From Podarcis bocagei (taxonomy: Eukaryota), in assembly GCA_964188305.1 (NCBI GenBank), contig OZ076895.1: a DNA stretch of 64,000 bases; one strand, 5' to 3'. A model generated the notes under the pieces. That model was not told the origin of the DNA. It saw only the letters and a program-made list of their open reading frames with translations, and made no database searches. Position numbers and translations under genes: made by a program. Below are positions 61,101 to 64,000 of this stretch, one piece after another; the first letter of the stretch is position 1; each line of letters opens with the position of its first letter.

Positions 61101-62636
61101 AGTTCATGGTCAACACGTAAAATGCTTTGAAGGGTTATACATATCCATTAAATACATCCTTGGCAGATATCAGTGTCTATATGAGTATTTGCTTTTGTTA
61201 GAAGCTGCTTTTCCACCCATCTCCTTCTGTCTATATAAAAAACTTTGGACAACTTTCTTTAATGAAAACATGGTTATTTCTCAACACATTATTTATTTCC
61301 TATCAAAATTAGTTGCCTTTCAAGGAAAAAATTCTGTTGTGAATCTGGGGGAAAACAAGAAATTTAACTTCTTCGGAAATGTACTGTCCTTTCAAACGTG
61401 TACCATCAATTAAGTGTTGAACATGTTAGTGCATCACCAAGGAGATTTCTAATCTCCTAATTCATGCACAAAAGATTGTAGAAAATATATCAATGGGATC
61501 AATTATAGCACCCCTGTATAAAGCTTATATGCCACTTCACCTTTATATGTCACTTACAATTTCTCTCTCTCTCCCATTGCACCAAAGTTTTGATTTATAT
61601 TCTGGAAAAGCAGGAGCAAACTCTTATATGACACAATTAACAGTACAGAGTGAGGATTAGTCCTACACCCTCTGTGAATAGAAGGCAATGTGTTTTTCTG
61701 TTCTGTAGAAAGTGATTCTATCTTCCTCTCCTGCTCTAATGACTTATCACTTCAATCAAAGCAAGAATAAATTAATAGGAAATCAATTATCCCCAAGTGG
61801 AAGCAGTGACCGTCACATTAGTTTTGGCATCAGTTCTGGAAGTAAGAACAAGGAAAGGAGAAATGTAGTATACAAGGAAGCAGCACACGACAAAAATTAA
61901 GAGCCGAACAGAAGAACTAGACTTCTAGCAATTTGAGTCTTTGATTTATACTGCCTGTTCACCAGAACCTTTTCTCCATAATGGTCAGAGCTGGAAACTT
62001 TCCCCCCTGTTAAATGGCAGCAAGTATTCACAGATGCCTCACGGTGGTTTTCAATGGCACTGGCATGGTTCTAGCCAGCTACATATACATATGATTTGAA
62101 GAATTATTAACTGTAGCCCCCAAATCAAAGTGTATAAATCAGATCAGAACTAATCCATATAATTTGCAGATTTCATTTAAACTGCATGCTGCACTTCAGC
62201 TTTTTCCTGAAACTTCAGGCACATTAACTCTTAGGTTTTGGAGGAGGAAGAAGAATCAACTTTCCAGAAGCACAGGATAACACAGTCCCCATTTTGTCTC
62301 TTATCTAATTTGAAGAATGACGCCAGGATGTATTTAGTGGTGACTTATCTGCAATGTGCCAGGAGTCATACAGTGACATACAGGGTGGAGAAAGAGGGAA
62401 GGCAGGCTGGAACGCCGCTTGCTGCGTGGAGAGGCGGTGTGCATGGGCAGGACATTCTCCAAGGCTTTGGAAAGCTTTTCACCAAAAGTTTCCTCAGGGG
62501 CAGTCCGAAGGTAAGAAGGAGAAAGAGGTGCACATAACACTGATGGTGGAGTAGAAGGAGCACTGAGAGGGATTTGGGACAGCGGAGGGAAAGAAAGAGG
62601 GGAAGGACAAACCGACATGCTACAGCCACGTTGAGG
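20336..62636 (-). CDS. WNK1: Serine/threonine kinase WNK1, 3' part (exons 8b, HSN2, 9-28, cassette 26a/26b); kinase domain outside the window
   Basis: Exons 9-28 sum to 4938 nt (in frame, including stop). Hallmarks: [29 protein letters not shown] domain, RFxV motifs (RFIV, RFQV twice, RFSV), C-terminal coiled coil, [19 protein letters not shown], terminal [11 protein letters not shown]. Confidence 0.97.
20815..20996 (-). CDS. WNK1: WNK1 exon 27 (GTSSTNTV...[20 protein letters not shown]...NYE)
   Basis: 182 nt, TTCTAG|...|GTAAGT. Confidence 0.96.
23525..23635 (-). CDS. WNK1: Candidate additional WNK1 cassette exon downstream of 26b ([36 protein letters not shown])
   Basis: ~60-nt AG-free pyrimidine tract with CTAAC branch motifs, AACAG| acceptor, 111 nt open in phase 1-1, donor CAA|GTAATT; alternative in-frame donor at 23555. 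No transcript evidence. Confidence 0.5.
23794..23835 (-). CDS. WNK1: WNK1 alternative exon 26b ([13 protein letters not shown])
   Basis: 42 nt, phase 1-1, GCTTCAG|...|GTAATT; peptide matches the mammalian neural WNK1 insert as recalled. Confidence 0.85.
26890..26961 (-). CDS. WNK1: WNK1 alternative exon 26a ([24 protein letters not shown])
   Basis: 72 nt, phase 1-1, long pyrimidine tract, ATCACAG|...|GTACGC; a second donor at 26869 adds STPCLAL. Confidence 0.87.
27820..27999 (-). CDS. WNK1: WNK1 exon 26 ([10 protein letters not shown]...[29 protein letters not shown])
   Basis: 180 nt, CCCTAG|...|GTAAAT. Confidence 0.95.
30071..30273 (-). CDS. WNK1: WNK1 exon 25 ([47 protein letters not shown]...)
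   Basis: 203 nt, phase 2 to 1, ATTTAG|...|GTAAGA. Confidence 0.96.
31957..32600 (-). CDS. WNK1: WNK1 exon 24 ([24 protein letters not shown])
   Basis: 644 nt, CTCTAG|...|GTAAGT; matches ORF 31953-32600. Confidence 0.96.
33179..33252 (-). CDS. WNK1: WNK1 exon 23 ([25 protein letters not shown])
   Basis: 74 nt, TTTCAG|...|GTATTC; KMGRFQ plus the next exon's V forms an RFxV motif across the junction. Confidence 0.92.
34990..35059 (-). CDS. WNK1: WNK1 exon 22 ([23 protein letters not shown])
   Basis: 70 nt, TCATAG|...|GTAAGA; phase 0 to 1 fits the neighbouring exons. Confidence 0.85.
35365..36495 (+). mobile_element. 1.13-kb non-autonomous retroposon (L1-type insertion)
   Basis: 18-bp TSD GAAAAAACAGCTTTGCTG at 35347-35364 and 36496-36513; AATAAA at 36473 plus A-rich tail; GC/CpG-rich 5' end. 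Confidence 0.85.
36523..36760. mobile_element. Tigger-like MITE
   Basis: TA-flanked TIRs ..ACCTTGGTTCTCGAAC / GTTCGAGAACCAAGGT..CACTG. Confidence 0.8.
37768..37854 (-). CDS. WNK1: WNK1 exon 21 ([29 protein letters not shown])
   Basis: 87 nt, TTGCAG|...|GTAAGT. Confidence 0.95.
39737..39820 (-). CDS. WNK1: WNK1 exon 20 ([28 protein letters not shown])
   Basis: 84 nt, TCATAG|...|GTGCTA. Confidence 0.93.
42076..43478 (-). CDS. WNK1: WNK1 exon 19 (large S/T/P-rich exon; [39 protein letters not shown])
   Basis: 1403 nt, TTGCAG|...|GTAAGG; matches ORF 42052-43449. Confidence 0.96.
44553..44690 (-). CDS. WNK1: WNK1 exon 18 ([22 protein letters not shown])
   Basis: 138 nt, CTTTAG|...|GTGAGT. Confidence 0.96.
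44852..44909 (-). CDS. WNK1: WNK1 exon 17 ([19 protein letters not shown])
   Basis: 58 nt, TTGCAG|...|GTAAGG. Confidence 0.93.
45228..45374 (-). CDS. WNK1: WNK1 exon 16 ([32 protein letters not shown]...HNQ)
   Basis: 147 nt, ATGCAG|...|GTAAGG. Confidence 0.92.
46275..46391 (-). CDS. WNK1: WNK1 exon 15 ([39 protein letters not shown])
   Basis: 117 nt, TTCCAG|...|GTAAGC. Confidence 0.97.
47081..47124. repeat. (AAAC)11 microsatellite
   Basis: Read directly from the sequence. Confidence 0.95.
47227..48592. mobile_element. Tc1/mariner-type MITE (same family as 10026-10438, opposite orientation) with expanded GC-rich interior
   Basis: TIRs CAGTGGTACCCCGCAAGACGAA / TTCGTCTTGCGAGGCACCACTG, TA TSD; subterminal ~100 bp is the reverse complement of ~10330-10438. 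Confidence 0.92.
47554..48110. repeat. 90-bp GC-rich minisatellite of palindromic units (six copies plus a partial one)
   Basis: Units start at 47554, 47644, 47734, 47824, 47914 and 48004; partial unit at 48094. Confidence 0.95.
49011..49173 (-). CDS. WNK1: WNK1 exon 14 ([11 protein letters not shown]...[32 protein letters not shown])
   Basis: 163 nt, CTTTAG|...|GTGAGT. Confidence 0.97.
50261..50361 (-). CDS. WNK1: WNK1 exon 13 ([33 protein letters not shown])
   Basis: 101 nt, TTGCAG|...|GTAAAT; phase 0 to 2. Confidence 0.9.
51023..51298 (-). CDS. WNK1: WNK1 exon 12, alternative ([17 protein letters not shown]...QPYVEQN...QQTALE)
   Basis: 276 nt, TCGCAG|...|GTAAAT; phase 0-0. Confidence 0.93.
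52247..52389 (+). mobile_element. tRNA(Ile)-derived SINE with CR1-type tail
   Basis: AGCTCAGTTGGTTAGAG..GGTGCTGATAA..GGTTCAAGCCCC head followed by a GGGGGTTGGACTAGATG...ATTCTACGATTC tail. Confidence 0.8.
52593..53066 (-). CDS. WNK1: WNK1 exon 11, alternative ([15 protein letters not shown]...[13 protein letters not shown])
   Basis: 474 nt, CCCCAG|...|GTATTG; phase 0-0. Confidence 0.93.
53330..53415 (+). repeat. L2-type 3' tail remnant with (AGT)12 microsatellite
   Basis: CCCAGCCAGATGGG..GGGGTA followed by (AGT)n at 53365-53400. Confidence 0.7.
54071..54214 (-). CDS. WNK1: WNK1 exon 10 ([18 protein letters not shown]...VPQVAAGTQ)
   Basis: 144 nt, TGACAG|...|GTAAAC. Confidence 0.88.
54447..54795 (+). 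mobile_element. Full-length Sauria SINE
   Basis: tRNA-like head with B-box GGTTCGAATCCC, typical body and ACCTTT tail; 11-bp TSD TACTTAAAGGT at 54433-54443 and 54796-54806. Confidence 0.93.
55078..55370 (-). mobile_element. L2 LINE 3' end with (TTA)n tail
   Basis: Minus-strand ORF remnant [15 protein letters not shown]...[10 protein letters not shown]; homologous to 57935-58185. Confidence 0.8.
56088..56165 (-). CDS. WNK1: WNK1 exon 9 ([26 protein letters not shown])
   Basis: 78 nt, CCTTTAG|...|GTAATG; phase 0-0. Confidence 0.87.
57935..58185 (+). mobile_element. L2 LINE 3' end
   Basis: Remnant [30 protein letters not shown], followed by a 3' UTR and (TTA)n tail. Confidence 0.82.
58222..58357. 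mobile_element. hAT-family foldback MITE
   Basis: Near-palindromic 136 bp with 8-bp TSD CCCTACAT at 58214-58221 and 58358-58365; degenerate relatives near 30945, 37260, 39434, 44000, 50040, 52070 and 55860. Confidence 0.85.
59785..60993 (-). CDS. WNK1: WNK1 HSN2 exon (nervous-system-enriched in mammals; 403 codons)
   Basis: [68 protein letters not shown]; ATACAG|...|GTTACA, 1209 nt. Confidence 0.95.
62382..62636 (-). CDS. WNK1: WNK1 alternative exon 8b ([10 protein letters not shown]...[40 protein letters not shown])
   Basis: 255 nt, CCTTAG|...|GTATGT; phase 0-0. Confidence 0.92.
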
Positions 62637-64000
62637 CTAAGGAAGGAAACAAAAAGAAGTGAACACAAACCACATGGCTAATGAGCTTGAACTGAGGGAG
62701 ACACATTCATGACAAAGGGCCAATGCTGATCAGAACAAACAGGGTATGAAGGAACTTGACAGTGACATCATGTACAATAAAGAGGGTTATAAGCACCTCA
62801 GAGGGCTGCAGGTTCTATTTTGACTGTCAAATTCCATTACTTTTGTCAAATAGTTTATATATATGGAAGAAGTAGACATATGTTCTTGTCACCCTGGTTC
62901 CATAAAAAATGTGTTTAAGCTGTTCCCAGCACCGATACATTTCCTAACTGAAAGCCTCTAGAAGTCTAAAGGGAATGAACATTGGTTTGAAATTGGCAAC
63001 ATGGTGTGTGCAAAGATGTTTTCCTTCTTTCCAAATTTAGTGTTACTGTCTTCAATTATTTTTGCTGACATCAGATTTCATTCTAAAGTGAACTGGCTTC
63101 CTAAATACAGGATTTGACTGGACACCTTAAGTTTATTCAGTCAGGGACTGCAAGACAACAGGAATCAACCATAGCATAAACTGTGGAACAAGGCAAGACT
63201 TTAATTGTGACAGCTGTCTTAAAATTAGAATTAGGCCATCTTCCAGGAGAGGAGTTTATTAGAGAAGATAGTTGCTGCAATCTGCCTATACCCCAGAGGT
63301 CATTGGTTTATTTTTCTCATTGTAAACAAATTATCACCTAAATTACTGCTTTAAAATGTAATAGTTCCTCCGGCAGCCAGGTCGTTGTCCCCCCAAACAT
63401 GCTTCTGTATTTTCCCCCCAGAGCTTCTTGGGGAAAACCAAAATGATCGGTCCTTTTTGAAGTCTTCTTCCTAATGAAACTGCACTGACACCTGAAACTT
63501 CCAGAAGAGTCTGCATGGAAGTTTTTCTGGAAGTCTTCGATTCATCATCCAAACCTGGCCTGCTCAGAAGAACTGTTAGTGTATTCCCCTGGTGTTAGCC
63601 ATATTATTCAACCTTGAAGCAAGGCATGTGAAGATTGCTTAATGGGTTATTGATCCAAGGCATGTCCTTGAACTGCAGCAATGGAACTCAACTCAAATAA
63701 ACTTTCAAAAAAGTATTAAAAGTTGTGATTGATCATGTGTTTAAAAGGGCACAAAACTTCATATGTGCATTTGAACAGAATGGAAAGATGCTCTGTTTGT
63801 AAAAACTGGCAAGATTTTCCCTCCAATGAGGAATTATCTTCTACGATAACTCTTGCCAATGTAATTTACAGAAATATATCATCATAATAACAGAGATAAC
63901 CAAACCAGAAAGGCTGCATCCTCTAGATATAGGTAAATTATTTGAGAAACAGTTACTTTTTTTGGCCTTTAACAAGCAGCAAGGTTTGTAAAAAGATCTG

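Overview
Vertebrate genomic DNA, most likely a squamate and probably a lacertid lizard (inferred from Sauria SINEs, BovB, CR1/L2 and MITE content). It contains a CpG-island promoter (~500-2170) that looks bidirectional; the divergent partner is probably ERC1, on synteny alone. It also contains the complete RAD52 gene on the + strand (11 coding exons, 6792-16478, 402 aa). The 3' part of WNK1 lies on the - strand, converging on RAD52: alternative exon 8b, the HSN2 exon, exons 9-28 and cassette exons 26a/26b (human numbering); the kinase exons are beyond the window end. All exon boundaries were read by eye and checked for phase. There is no CRISPR array or prokaryote-type system, and I cannot claim a wholly new system. 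Best leads: (1) a candidate third in-frame cassette exon after WNK1 26b; (2) a Tc1/mariner-type MITE family whose two copies share ends but carry different tandem arrays of hairpins, one with six 90-bp palindromic units; (3) a complete 1.13-kb non-coding retroposon with an 18-bp TSD; (4) WNK1 exon 8b, whose middle appears to be read in different frames in lizard and human. Comparisons with human or mouse sequences are from memory and need checking.
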